Below are positions 45,175 through 54,921 of a DNA stretch of 64,000 bases, one piece after another (positions within the stretch are counted from its first letter, which is position 1; every line of letters starts with the position of its first letter). The stretch is from Candidatus Dependentiae bacterium UBA6230 (lineage in GTDB: Bacteria; Babelota; Babeliae; Babelales; Vermiphilaceae). Location of the stretch: NCBI GenBank assembly GCA_002441565.1, contig DJWM01000002.1, positions 31,728 to 95,727 of the forward strand, given 5' to 3'. A program made the position numbers and the translations under genes. A model generated the notes under the pieces. The model was not told the DNA's origin, did not search any database, and saw nothing but the letters and a program-made list of their open reading frames with translations.

Positions 45175-47271
45175 TTATTCTTCACTACTATCCATATCCT
45201 CACCATCTTCTTCGTAGCCCATTATCTCATCGAGTTCTTTATCAAAGAAGGTTTGTAATTTTTTAGAACGTGATGGGTGGCGAAGTTTCTTAATCGCCTT
45301 AACTTCAATTTGACGTATTCGCTCACGAGTAACTGAGAAATCCTTGCCGACTTCCTCAAGAGTGTGTTCTGAAGCTACGTCGATGCCAAAACGCATCTTA
45401 AGAACCTTTTCTTCACGTGGGGTGAGTGTCTTGAGTACTTCGCGAACACGTTCTTTTAGATCGTTGTTAGCAACGGTATCTGCTGGCGAGAATTCATCTT
45501 CGTTTTCAATAAAATCTTTGATAGAAGCATCTTCGCTATCGCCGACAGGGGTTTCCAACGAAATTGGTTCCTTGGAGATTTTGATGATGTTCTTGATCTT
45601 TTTTTCATCAAGATTGAGCTCTTTAGAAAGTTCGGCATGAGATGGCTCTCTGCCATGTTCCTGGATGAAAGTACGCTTAATTTTGTTGATTTTATTTAAG
45701 GTTTCGACCATGTGTACAGGGACACGAATGGTACGTGATTGATCCGCAATAGCACGTGTGATAGCTTGTCGGATCCACCAGGTTGCGTATGTAGAAAATT
45801 TAAAACCGCGTTCGAATTCAAATTTTTCTACTGCTTTCATCAAGCCGATGTTTCCTTCTTGGATGAGATCCAAGAAATGTAAGCCTCGATTTACGTAACG
45901 TTTTGCGATATTAACAACCAAACGCAGGTTGGCTCGTGCCAAATCATCTTTTGCGCGTTTATCTTTTCGCTGGCCGGCCATGAGCTGATTGTAATAACGA
46001 ACAATAAGATCGCGAGGAAGCCCCGCTTCGATCTCTGTTTTCTTAATCATTTTCGCGGCAGCACGAACATTTTTTCTGAGTTCTTCAAGTTCATGAAGTT
46101 GATCTAGGCTTGGTTTCTTTATGGATTCGTAGTGCTTTATGTGCTCATTGGTCATTGCAATGAGTTGTTCTTTTTCGCGAATCTTTTGCACAAGGCGTTC
46201 GATTTTTTTTGCGAATTTACGAATAAGTTTATTGTTGAGCTTGATTAAGCGAATGATTTTGCCGATTTCTTCTTTGTTCTTGCGTACCGCTGCAAGCATT
46301 TCTTGTTTTTTTGCATCAGAGGTCAATTTTCCGCGGTAGCTAAGATAAATTTTTTCTTCGCCATCAACGCGTTCTTTGATGTCAGCGATAGCTGTAAGGA
46401 GTTTGGCTTTTTCTTCTTCCATCTTGGATACGGCATCATCTTCTGTGCGCTCCGCCTGAGAAGGCTTCTTTTTTTCGTCTTCTTTTTTCTTCTCATCGTC
46501 TGCTTTTAATGGATTCTCTGAATACTGGATGATGTCTTTAAGCGGTAGTGTGTTTTTTTCAAGACGCTCGGCCATTGCTACGAATTCTTTGTGAATAAAC
46601 GGAAAACGAGAAATAGCATCGACGGATTCACTTTTGCCTTGGGCAATGCGATTGGCAATATCCGTTTCCGTTTTTTTATTAAGAAGCGGAATTTTTCCTA
46701 TATCACGTAGATATGATTTCACGCCGTCAGTAATCTGGGTGCTACCAGCTGTCTCGCGTACGGCAGCTTTTTCGACACCTTCATCATCACCAGCAGAAAC
46801 TTCATTGTCTTCGAGAAGTTCTGAAGTAATTGCCAATGATCCTTCAAGCCCACCGCCCCGTTTTAAATCAGGTTCTTCGCGATCAAAATCATGGATTCCG
46901 GCGTGGGCAGAATCGAGCTCTTCAAGATTTACAAGCTCGAGGCCTTCTCGATCCATGATTTTTAACAAAGCTGAAGTTTCTTGATCGGTAAGGTTATGTT
47001 TTTCAGCAAATTCCATTGTGTCTTCATACGAAACGATGCCGCCAGCTTCTTTGCCGCGTTCGATAAGATTCACAGCTATTTTTTGTACGTCTAGATCAGA
47101 AAGAGTTGAATGCAGTTTGGTCGATTCTTTTTTATTGGCAAGCAATGATGAAGGAGCGCGCTTTGATTTAGCTGGTTTTTTCGTTGAAGTAGGCACAGAT
47201 TGAGAAGCCATAGACTTTTCTTTGGCTTTGGTGCTAGAGGTCCCCTTGATCGATTTTGTGCTTTTTTTCAT
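45175..47271 (-). CDS. rpoD: RNA polymerase sigma factor RpoD (sigma70 family, primary) with a long basic N-terminus
   Basis: Regions 2-4 are present: [50 protein letters not shown], and [20 protein letters not shown]. Confidence 0.96.
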   Translation of the reverse strand: MKKSTKSIKGTSSTKAKEKSMASQSVPTSTKKPAKSKRAPSSLLANKKESTKLHSTLSDLDVQKIAVNLIERGKEAGGIVSYEDTMEFAEKHNLTDQETSALLKIMDREGLELVNLEELDSAHAGIHDFDREEPDLKRGGGLEGSLAITSELLEDNEVSAGDDEGVEKAAVRETAGSTQITDGVKSYLRDIGKIPLLNKKTETDIANRIAQGKSESVDAISRFPFIHKEFVAMAERLEKNTLPLKDIIQYSENPLKADDEKKKEDEKKKPSQAERTEDDAVSKMEEEKAKLLTAIADIKERVDGEEKIYLSYRGKLTSDAKKQEMLAAVRKNKEEIGKIIRLIKLNNKLIRKFAKKIERLVQKIREKEQLIAMTNEHIKHYESIKKPSLDQLHELEELRKNVRAAAKMIKKTEIEAGLPRDLIVRYYNQLMAGQRKDKRAKDDLARANLRLVVNIAKRYVNRGLHFLDLIQEGNIGLMKAVEKFEFERGFKFSTYATWWIRQAITRAIADQSRTIRVPVHMVETLNKINKIKRTFIQEHGREPSHAELSKELNLDEKKIKNIIKISKEPISLETPVGDSEDASIKDFIENEDEFSPADTVANNDLKERVREVLKTLTPREEKVLKMRFGIDVASEHTLEEVGKDFSVTRERIRQIEVKAIKKLRHPSRSKKLQTFFDKELDEIMGYEEDGEDMDSSEE

Positions 47272-47283
47272 CAGAGATCCAAT

Positions 47284-49068
47284 TTATGGAAGATTAATGG
47301 TCAATAATTTTTTTTTCAGTGCAAGAAAATCATGTAAAAGTTGTTGCTCCTTTACGTGGTCGCCTCTCTCTTTTGCGATGTCGAGCTGTTTTTTGAAACT
47401 GTTTACTATGGTTTTCCAGTGATTGCGCTGAAGCTGCAAAATTAGAGCTTCAACCATGGTAGGTTCAAATTCCCCCTCATACTCCAGTAAACATTTACTT
47501 AAAAACTCTCTTTCACAACTATCCAGGGTATCAAAAAAGTCGATAAAACTCAATGAAGCGGTTTCTTGCTTGAGATTGCGGAGCTTGATCAGGATATCGT
47601 GCCAAGGGGAAGGTAAATGCTCAAGGAGTAGTTGGATATTTTGTTCTTTAATGAGCTCTATGTTGTTGATTATGGCAGAAAATAGCGCCTTTTCCAATTT
47701 GTGTTCGCCGATAGGTGAGGAGTTGATCTTTAACGTGGAGGTTTCCTGGGGGAGTGAAGCGGGCCCATGTTCTTTGGCCAGTGTGCCGCCGCGTTTGGTG
47801 CTTTTGAGTTTTTCAAACTCGTGTTTAAGGGTTTCGAACGGAATATTAAGTACCTTTGAGGCTTTTTGTAGGAGTAAATCCTGTGCAATGTTATCTGTAA
47901 CGGTGTTGATAGTGGCCAACAATTTTTTGGTTATGGCGATTTTTTCAGCCATAGATTTTTCTGAAAAACCTTCGGATATATTTTTTATAAAAAAGACAAA
48001 AATATCTTGGGCTTCATGCAGGTAAGGGGCGAGGTCTTTTTCTTTAGTTAGTAGTGATGCGGGATCTTCATGCTCAGGTAACTGCACAACACTTAGCTCT
48101 AAATTGGCTTGCCAGCACAGACTGGTAAGGCGGATAATTGCTTCTCTTCCAGCTTTGTCACCATCGTAAACTACGAAGAGTTTTTTGATATAACGGGATA
48201 ATAGCTTAAGATGTTCCGTGGTGCAGGCGGTGCCAAGAGTAGCAACAGTATTGCTAAATCCATGTTGTGCCATTGCTATGCAGTCAACATAGCCTTCTAC
48301 AAGAAAAGCAAGTTCGGTTTGTTGCATTGATTTTTTTGCTTTATCAAAACCGAATAATAATGCTCCCTTACTAAAAAAAGGATTTTCTCGAGAATTATAA
48401 TATTTTGGGCGTTCGTCATCAGGTTTAAAAATGCGTCCACCAAATCCACAAAATCTACCAAGATGGTCTTTGATAGGGAATATGACGCGTTCCTCAAATG
48501 AAGAATAAAGAACCGTTTTTCCTTCTTGTAAAAAACCAAACTCAACAAGATCTTTAACCAAAATGTTTTGTTTTTGTGCAGCCGTAATAAGTTCCCTTAT
48601 GCGTTGATATCCACCTGGAAGATAACCGAGTGAAAAATGTTGCATACTATCTTTGGTAAAGCCACGTTTAAGAAGATAATGTAGCCCCGCAGGGGATCGT
48701 TTGAGTTGTTCGTGGCACCACAATGCGAGAAATTCGCAAATTTCGTAATAGTGCTTTTTATCCTGCTTGGGCAGTTCCTGATGAAATTCTGTCGGGAGCG
48801 TAATGTTATAGCGTTCAGCTAAGTGCTGAACGGCTTCGCTTGCAGAACAATGTTCGACTTTTGCGATAAAAGAAATTGCGTCTCCTCCTATATGGCAGCC
48901 GAAACAATAAAAAATTTCCTTGTGTGGGCTGACCGTGAAAGAGGCAGTTTTTTCGCTATGAAAAGGGCAATGGCCTTTCCAATAGGTACCTGCTTTTTTG
49001 AGTGTTGTGTATTCCCCTACGACGTCAAGGATAGAGAGGCGTTCTTTGAGGTAGCTAAACTGGTTCAT
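47284..49068 (-). CDS. dnaG: DNA primase
   Basis: CHC2 zinc finger (GHCPFHSEKTASFTVSPHKEIFYCFGCHIGGD) and a TOPRIM region (LVEGYVDCIA...VVYDGDKAG). Confidence 0.93.
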   Translation of the reverse strand: MNQFSYLKERLSILDVVGEYTTLKKAGTYWKGHCPFHSEKTASFTVSPHKEIFYCFGCHIGGDAISFIAKVEHCSASEAVQHLAERYNITLPTEFHQELPKQDKKHYYEICEFLALWCHEQLKRSPAGLHYLLKRGFTKDSMQHFSLGYLPGGYQRIRELITAAQKQNILVKDLVEFGFLQEGKTVLYSSFEERVIFPIKDHLGRFCGFGGRIFKPDDERPKYYNSRENPFFSKGALLFGFDKAKKSMQQTELAFLVEGYVDCIAMAQHGFSNTVATLGTACTTEHLKLLSRYIKKLFVVYDGDKAGREAIIRLTSLCWQANLELSVVQLPEHEDPASLLTKEKDLAPYLHEAQDIFVFFIKNISEGFSEKSMAEKIAITKKLLATINTVTDNIAQDLLLQKASKVLNIPFETLKHEFEKLKSTKRGGTLAKEHGPASLPQETSTLKINSSPIGEHKLEKALFSAIINNIELIKEQNIQLLLEHLPSPWHDILIKLRNLKQETASLSFIDFFDTLDSCEREFLSKCLLEYEGEFEPTMVEALILQLQRNHWKTIVNSFKKQLDIAKERGDHVKEQQLLHDFLALKKKLLTINLP

Positions 49069-49852
49069 GTGTGGTTATCCTGGACGATCGTAAGCGAGGA
49101 ATGAAAACTAATAACACAAATGCTACCATGATAAATAAAAGTGCTAGCCACTGATGTAATGAAAACAATTTAAAATATTGATGCGAGATAAATTCGCGAT
49201 CTGCACGCCAAAAATCAATAACAAATCTTTCGGAGCCGCTGAGAAGTAAATAAACGGCAAGTAGTGTTCCGGGAGCAGGTTTTCTTTGTGCAATAAGATA
49301 AAGTGTGAAGCAGATGGCTAGTAAGGTTAAAGCACTGTATAGTTGTGTTGGGTGCAAAGGTATATGGAGCGGTGCAAATGATTTTGGGTCTGTGTAGGTA
49401 ACGGCGAACCATGCAGTGCAGGTAGTTCCATGGCAGCATCCAGCACAGAAACATCCCAATCGTCCGAATGCCTGTAACATGGGGACATAGAGCACCAGTG
49501 TGTCAAACAAAGGGAGAGCGGGAATGTGGTGTGTGATACTAAAAAACAAAACCCATATGATGCAGCTTAAGATGCCGCCCATGATAGAAAGGCCGCCGTC
49601 AGCAATAGCAAAGATATCAGTCCAAGAATGAAGAGAATGCCAATTTTGTACAAGATATAACGTTCGGCTTCCCAGCAACGTTGCTGCGATACCACCAAGT
49701 AATAAGGTATTTAGCTGTTGATCAGAGATGAGAGCCTGTCGAGTGGAATTACGAAAAATAAGCTGCATAAAGAGGATAAATCCAATAGATATACAGAGCC
49801 CAAAGCTATTAATAGAAATTGGTCCCCAAATAGGTAAAAGTTCTCGGTACAT
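49055..49852 (-). CDS. lgt: phosphatidylglycerol--prolipoprotein diacylglyceryl transferase
   Basis: Polytopic membrane protein with Lgt-like blocks (GGLSIMGGIL, FGRLGCFCAGCCHG, HPTQLY, ERFVIDFWRAD). It overlaps the dnaG start by 14 nt. Confidence 0.85.
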   Translation of the reverse strand: MYRELLPIWGPISINSFGLCISIGFILFMQLIFRNSTRQALISDQQLNTLLLGGIAATLLGSRTLYLVQNWHSLHSWTDIFAIADGGLSIMGGILSCIIWVLFFSITHHIPALPLFDTLVLYVPMLQAFGRLGCFCAGCCHGTTCTAWFAVTYTDPKSFAPLHIPLHPTQLYSALTLLAICFTLYLIAQRKPAPGTLLAVYLLLSGSERFVIDFWRADREFISHQYFKLFSLHQWLALLFIMVAFVLLVFIPRLRSSRITTHEPV

Positions 49853-49960
49853 GGCATCCCCGCAAAATTAAGATACTTTTAGTATAAAGCAGTTCATGAT
49901 GTTGGTACACCAAAGGCCGTGCATGCTGCTTGAGCTAGTTGCGGGCATGATAAGTGCCTA

Positions 49961-51766
49961 TTATATCTCCTGGCGATGCTCACGCGTTTTAAAAATAAGT
50001 AATGAAATTGCTGCAGGGGTCATTCCGGGAATAAGTGTCGCTTGCGCTATAGTTGCTGGATTATGCCGCTTTAATTTTTCTTGAAGTTCGCGAGAAAGTC
50101 CCGGCATGTTAGTGTAATCAAGTGAAGAAGGAATGGTCATATCTTGGTATATTAGTGATTTTTGTATTTCTTTTTCTTCGCGTTGTATATACGGCTCATA
50201 CCGAATTTCGGCATAAATAGTTTGTGCTATGCGCTCATTGAGCATTGGATGGAGTAAATTTTTTAAGTGTTCAAAATTATATTCGGCTCCGAATAACTTA
50301 AGAAGTTGGCTATTGGTATATTTCTGCCGTAGATCATAGAGTACGCTTTCTAATAATTTTTTTTCATGCAAAAAATCTTGGTAGGTAGATTCTTCGATGA
50401 GGCCAAGCTGATAAGCTCGCTCGGTCAAGCGTAAAAATGTATTATCCTGGCGCAGTAATAATCGTCGTTCGGCGCGTGAAGTAAACATGCGATAGGGTTC
50501 ATCAACGCCAAGGCTTACAAGATCGTCAATCATGACTCCAATGTAGCTTTCATTTCTGTCGAGTGTAAATGCAGGAAGACGGTGTGCTTTGAGGTGTGCG
50601 TTAATGCCTGCTATAATTCCTTGCCCTGCCGCTTCTTCGTATCCTGTTGTGCCATTGATTTGACCAGCTAAAAAAAGACCGTTAATGGTTTTAACTTCAA
50701 GTGTATGGTTAAGTTGTTCTGGATGTACAAAATCATATTCAACAGCATAGCCTGGGCGTGTAATGATTGCTTGTTCAAATCCTTTGATCGATCGAATGTA
50801 GCGTTCTTGTATTTCATAAGGGAGTGATGTTGAAAGTCCATTTGGATATATTTCATCAGAATCGGCACCCTCTGGTTCTACAAATACGTGATGCGATGTT
50901 TTATCGGCAAAGCGCGATATTTTGTCTTCTATAGAAGGACAATAGCGTGGTCCGACGCCCTTGATGTTTCCAGAGTACATGGCAGAAAGATGGAGATTGT
51001 TACGAATTATTTCATGAGTAAGCTCATTGGTGTAGGTAATATAACAGTCGCGTGTTGTGGTAGTGCGATGAGGATGAAATTCGAATAAATAATCAAGCTG
51101 ATCGGCTTCTTGTTTTGTCATTACTGAAAAATCCAGGCTTGAGCGAGCAAGTCGAGGAGGTGTTCCTGTTTTAAGGCGACCAAGTTTAAGCCCAAGTGAA
51201 GCGAGTGATATTGACAAAGAAGAGGATACGCCTTCTTCGCTGCGACCACCGGGTTTCTGAGATTGGCCAAAATGGAGTAGTCCGTTCAAAAAAGTTCCCG
51301 TAGTGACCACAACACAGGGAGCTGAGTATATCGTTCCGTCTGCTGTTTTGACTCCAGTAATAACACGTTGCGCATTTATGAGCAGCTCTTGGGCTGATGC
51401 GGTAATTACGCTGATATTTGGAGTATTGGTGATGGTGGTACTGCATAATTGATTGTATGCAAACTTGTCTATCTGTAGGCGTAATCCTTGCACTGCGGGG
51501 CCGCGCCGGGTATTGAGCATGCGCACTTGCAGATAGGTTTGTGTGCAAAGCTTAGGCATCAGTCCGCCTAGAGCACTGATTTCAAATACAATATGGCCTT
51601 TACCTACGCCTCCAATAGCTGGATTGCATGGCATGCGACCAATGCTTTCAACTGAAAGGGTGATAAGAAGCGTTTTAGATCCCATCTTGGCAGCAGCATA
51701 AGCAGCTTCTACGCCGGCATGACCGCCACCAATTACAATAACATCGAAGTTATGAGTAGTATTCAT
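49961..51766 (-). CDS. mnmG: tRNA uridine 5-carboxymethylaminomethyl modification enzyme
   Basis: FDVIVIGGGHAGVEAAYAAAKMG FAD motif, GPRYCPSIEDK and LFLAGQINGTTGYEEAAGQG. The ORF-track start at 51793 is a TTG, and ATG 51766 fits homolog N-termini better. Confidence 0.95.
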   Translation of the reverse strand: MNTTHNFDVIVIGGGHAGVEAAYAAAKMGSKTLLITLSVESIGRMPCNPAIGGVGKGHIVFEISALGGLMPKLCTQTYLQVRMLNTRRGPAVQGLRLQIDKFAYNQLCSTTITNTPNISVITASAQELLINAQRVITGVKTADGTIYSAPCVVVTTGTFLNGLLHFGQSQKPGGRSEEGVSSSLSISLASLGLKLGRLKTGTPPRLARSSLDFSVMTKQEADQLDYLFEFHPHRTTTTRDCYITYTNELTHEIIRNNLHLSAMYSGNIKGVGPRYCPSIEDKISRFADKTSHHVFVEPEGADSDEIYPNGLSTSLPYEIQERYIRSIKGFEQAIITRPGYAVEYDFVHPEQLNHTLEVKTINGLFLAGQINGTTGYEEAAGQGIIAGINAHLKAHRLPAFTLDRNESYIGVMIDDLVSLGVDEPYRMFTSRAERRLLLRQDNTFLRLTERAYQLGLIEESTYQDFLHEKKLLESVLYDLRQKYTNSQLLKLFGAEYNFEHLKNLLHPMLNERIAQTIYAEIRYEPYIQREEKEIQKSLIYQDMTIPSSLDYTNMPGLSRELQEKLKRHNPATIAQATLIPGMTPAAISLLIFKTREHRQEI

Positions 51767-51812
51767 AAAGTTAAGGCAAAGGTTTTTATACAATTTTTTA
51801 GATAGATGAAGA

Positions 51813-51850
51813 TAAAAATGACCCTAAAGTGCTTATGCACCTTAGGGTCA
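51813..51850 (-). terminator. rho-independent terminator candidate (minus strand)
   Basis: TGACCCTAAAGTGC (51819-51832) pairs with GCACCTTAGGGTCA (51837-51850) with one mismatch. The plus-strand A5 run at 51814-51818 reads as a U-tract on the minus strand. It lies downstream of the 51966 gene. Confidence 0.55.
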
Positions 51851-51965
51851 GTGTACTGCAACGTAATAAGACTAGCAAGCATTATACTATGGTGTGCGCG
51901 GTACTAGGCATGCTCTGAAAAAAGCGTGTCAAAACCCCATTTCCCCATTAAGTGTTATGCCCCAT

Positions 51966-52625
51966 TTATCGACGGTTAAGTCGGCTTCTCAAACAGTCAA
52001 GAACCTGGAAGCCTGACATGTTTTTAAGCGGATGTTGTTCAAATAGTGTTATGAGGATATTTTGAAGTTGGCCAGCTTCGCAGATATTTGCACCGTCGAT
52101 TAATGCATTTAGGCGTTTGATCTTATGTTCAAGCGCTGTCATTTTGGCGGTGGTGAATTTGGTGGTACTCAATTGTTTAAGCGCTGTTGCCAACATGAGA
52201 GAAGATGCTTGATTTTGTTTCATCACAGCGACAATATCATTGAGATCTGCTTTGAGTTCAGTCAAAATTTCGTATGCTAGATTAAAAATTTCATTTTTAT
52301 TGGCGCGTGTGCCGAGAGGTTTGATAAGCGAGGTGTCAATTCTTGCTATCAAGGTATCAAGGTGCTGTAGGTGAGACTGGTAGGTTTCGGTATGTTGCCT
52401 GTTGAAGAAGTTCCTTATTTGAGTGTCCAGCAGCTTCGCGCAATCTTTTATTTCTTGGAGGCATTGACTGATGAATTGGCGATCATCTGATGATAGGCAT
52501 GGTGTTGAAATAGATGGGTGTGTTTCTCGCGCCTTGGATTGTATCAAAAATGAAGAGCTTAAGCTGGCGATGCATAGTATTGGTAACCACATACTCCTTT
52601 TGGTTTTCAAATAGGATAAATTCAT
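51966..52625 (-). CDS. hypothetical secreted helical protein
   Basis: AGAGGA SD before ATG 52625. Leader MNLSYLKTKRSMWLPILCIASLSSSFL. No family recognised. Confidence 0.55.
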   Translation of the reverse strand: MNLSYLKTKRSMWLPILCIASLSSSFLIQSKARETHPSISTPCLSSDDRQFISQCLQEIKDCAKLLDTQIRNFFNRQHTETYQSHLQHLDTLIARIDTSLIKPLGTRANKNEIFNLAYEILTELKADLNDIVAVMKQNQASSLMLATALKQLSTTKFTTAKMTALEHKIKRLNALIDGANICEAGQLQNILITLFEQHPLKNMSGFQVLDCLRSRLNRR

Positions 52626-52731
52626 GATTTCCTCTCTAAGGGCTATCTGGGTTTCACCGATGATTACCATTCACATTGTTAATTAAAAGTTTACTAAGGG
52701 AGTAATTTGCGTCAAAAGGGGGGGTAATACG

Positions 52732-52759
52732 TTGATTAAATCGTGGTTTTGATTAATAT
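52732..52759 (+). promoter_or_regulatory. sigma70-type promoter candidate upstream of mraY
   Basis: TTGATT (52732-52737), a 16-nt spacer, then TAATAT (52754-52759). The context is AT-rich, so a chance match is possible. Confidence 0.3.
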
Positions 52760-52798
52760 GAAATAATCTCATTTTTTTATTAACCATATAGGTGTAAT

Positions 52799-53866
52799 AT
52801 GCTTTATCATGTTGCCGAATTATTAATGGCTTACACATCCCTGTTCAACGTCATGCATTATGTGAGTGTTCGCGCAATAGCCGGATTACTAAGTGCTCTG
52901 ACGTTTTCTTTGCTATTCGGATCATGGTTTATAGAGACGTCCCGTAAATTTTTCAGATCCAAAGCGCGCGAAATGACACCAGCCTCTCATCGAGCTAAAG
53001 ATGATATGCCTACTATGGGCGGGCTGTTCATGTTGATGATCATCATGACCAACGTGCTCGTATGGTGTGATTGGAAAGATGCTCATATTTGGGTAATGCT
53101 GCTGTGCTTATTTGGATTTGGCATTATTGGTTTGTGGGATGACTGGTCCAAGGTGTCTTCTCGTAAGGGCATTTCAGCACGTGCTAAGTTTATTGCGCAG
53201 TGGTCGGTTGCTTTTTGCGTGGTAATACTATGGCTTTATGCTTGTCGCGGTGCGTCAACACAACTTTATGTTCCGTTTTTTAAACATTTTCACCCAAATC
53301 TTGGCATATTCTTTATTCCGTGGGCAGCTTTTGTGCTTGTTTCTATGAGTAATGCAGTGAATCTTACGGATGGCCTTGATGGTCTTGCTATTAATTCTCT
53401 GATTCCAAATTTTGTAGTTTTTTCATTGATTGCGTATCTTTCGGGGCATTTTATGCTCTCTCTATATCTTCGCATTCCCTTTGCGGCAACGTCGGAGTTA
53501 GCCGTGATCGGAGCTATTGTGATTGGTGCTTCTTTAGGTTTCTTGTGGTTCAATGCTTATCCGGCACAAATTTTCATGGGTGATGTCGGTTCACTTTCTT
53601 TGGGGGCAGGATTGGCGTTGATGGGAATCATGAGTAAACAGGAATTGTTGTTGCCCATAGCAGGTGGGCTCTTTGTCATGGAAACACTTTCGGTAGTTAT
53701 GCAAGTAGCTTCGTACAAATTGAGGGGAAAAAGAATGTTCAGGATGGCTCCCATCCATCATCATTTTGAATTACTCGGTTGGCCAGAAGCAAAAATCACC
53801 GTCAGGTTTGGCATTATTTCATTGATTTTGTGCTTACTCGCTTTAATTACCTTAAAATTACGCTAA
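52799..53866 (+). CDS. mraY: phospho-N-acetylmuramoyl-pentapeptide-transferase
   Basis: KDDMPTMGGL, GLWDDW, NAVNLTDGLDGLA, FMGDVGSLSLG and APIHHHFE are hallmark MraY motifs. Confidence 0.96.
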   Translation: MLYHVAELLMAYTSLFNVMHYVSVRAIAGLLSALTFSLLFGSWFIETSRKFFRSKAREMTPASHRAKDDMPTMGGLFMLMIIMTNVLVWCDWKDAHIWVMLLCLFGFGIIGLWDDWSKVSSRKGISARAKFIAQWSVAFCVVILWLYACRGASTQLYVPFFKHFHPNLGIFFIPWAAFVLVSMSNAVNLTDGLDGLAINSLIPNFVVFSLIAYLSGHFMLSLYLRIPFAATSELAVIGAIVIGASLGFLWFNAYPAQIFMGDVGSLSLGAGLALMGIMSKQELLLPIAGGLFVMETLSVVMQVASYKLRGKRMFRMAPIHHHFELLGWPEAKITVRFGIISLILCLLALITLKLR

Positions 53867-54886
53867 AGCTAGATTAGTTTTTGCAAATGTTTTTTCAAGT
53901 GCCAAAGGTTTGATCGGGCCCATTTCGGCATTGACTTCTATCGGTTTATCAAGGGCCAACAATGGCTGTATTGGTTGCGAACGGTAGCCATAATCTTCGA
54001 GAAAATCGGCTATATGTTCAATATGCCAGGCTCCAGCACATACAATGATAACTTTTTCTTCAGGGTGTTCGACAATAAAATTAAGCGCCTTGAAATCCAC
54101 GAGCTCATCTATTCCTCCAGCAGGATTGTGCTGCAAGATGAGTTCTATGGTTTTTATCTTCTGTTGTAATGTGTGTGATTTATGAAGTTTTTTCGCTTGT
54201 GTAATGATGTGCTTATTTTCATGAACTTGAGATGTTGTTAAAAGTGTTTTGAGGGCAGATATGAGTATCTCAGGATTAGGGGTAATACTTATGACTTGTA
54301 TCAATGTTCGAGCCATTATTACATGGGATGGTGTAGTAACGTATGCAATAAAAGCGGATATTGGAGTTAGCAGATAACTAGCGATTGAGTAAGCTTTTTT
54401 GATTTTCGATATTACATAGTTAAGGTAAGGTGGTGGGGTTTCTAAGATTGAATCAGCATGGCGACATTCTATGGAATATGCATCGACATGGTTCTTTCTG
54501 CATTCTAGAGTAAAGTTTGTGATGACCTGTGGATGATAGCATTTAAAGTATCGATCCATGATGAGTGTTAACATGGTTGGTAACCCTAAAAATGGATTAT
54601 GTGGTATTCCATAAACCATGTCTTCGATGAGCACAGTAGCCTTAAGTTTCTGAGCAAGCGCGATAATATCGTTGCGTTGTTGATTAGAAAGCTCGCGCAC
54701 CCTTTTCTTTGCTTGATCATCAATTTCTTTAAGGTATTCGTGGCAGTCTCCGAGTAAAAAAATAGTCTGTTTATGTTTGGGAGTTCGCTCTTTTTGATAG
54801 CACATGGTATCAAAAATAATGGGATAAGACGGCAAAGTCCACGTGCTCATTATGACAAGTATAAAGCCTAATCGTATATTCATCAT
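53858..54886 (-). CDS. hypothetical secreted protein with paired GxxH motifs (possible Tiki/TraB/ChaN-like fold)
   Basis: The leader is MMNIRLGFILVIMSTWTL. It has an N-terminal IFLLGDCHE and a C-terminal IIVCAGAWHIEHI. The assignment is speculative. Confidence 0.5.
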   Translation of the reverse strand: MMNIRLGFILVIMSTWTLPSYPIIFDTMCYQKERTPKHKQTIFLLGDCHEYLKEIDDQAKKRVRELSNQQRNDIIALAQKLKATVLIEDMVYGIPHNPFLGLPTMLTLIMDRYFKCYHPQVITNFTLECRKNHVDAYSIECRHADSILETPPPYLNYVISKIKKAYSIASYLLTPISAFIAYVTTPSHVIMARTLIQVISITPNPEILISALKTLLTTSQVHENKHIITQAKKLHKSHTLQQKIKTIELILQHNPAGGIDELVDFKALNFIVEHPEEKVIIVCAGAWHIEHIADFLEDYGYRSQPIQPLLALDKPIEVNAEMGPIKPLALEKTFAKTNLALA

Positions 54887-54921
54887 GATTTAAACCCCCA
54901 TTCTCCATTATTTAGATTTTT

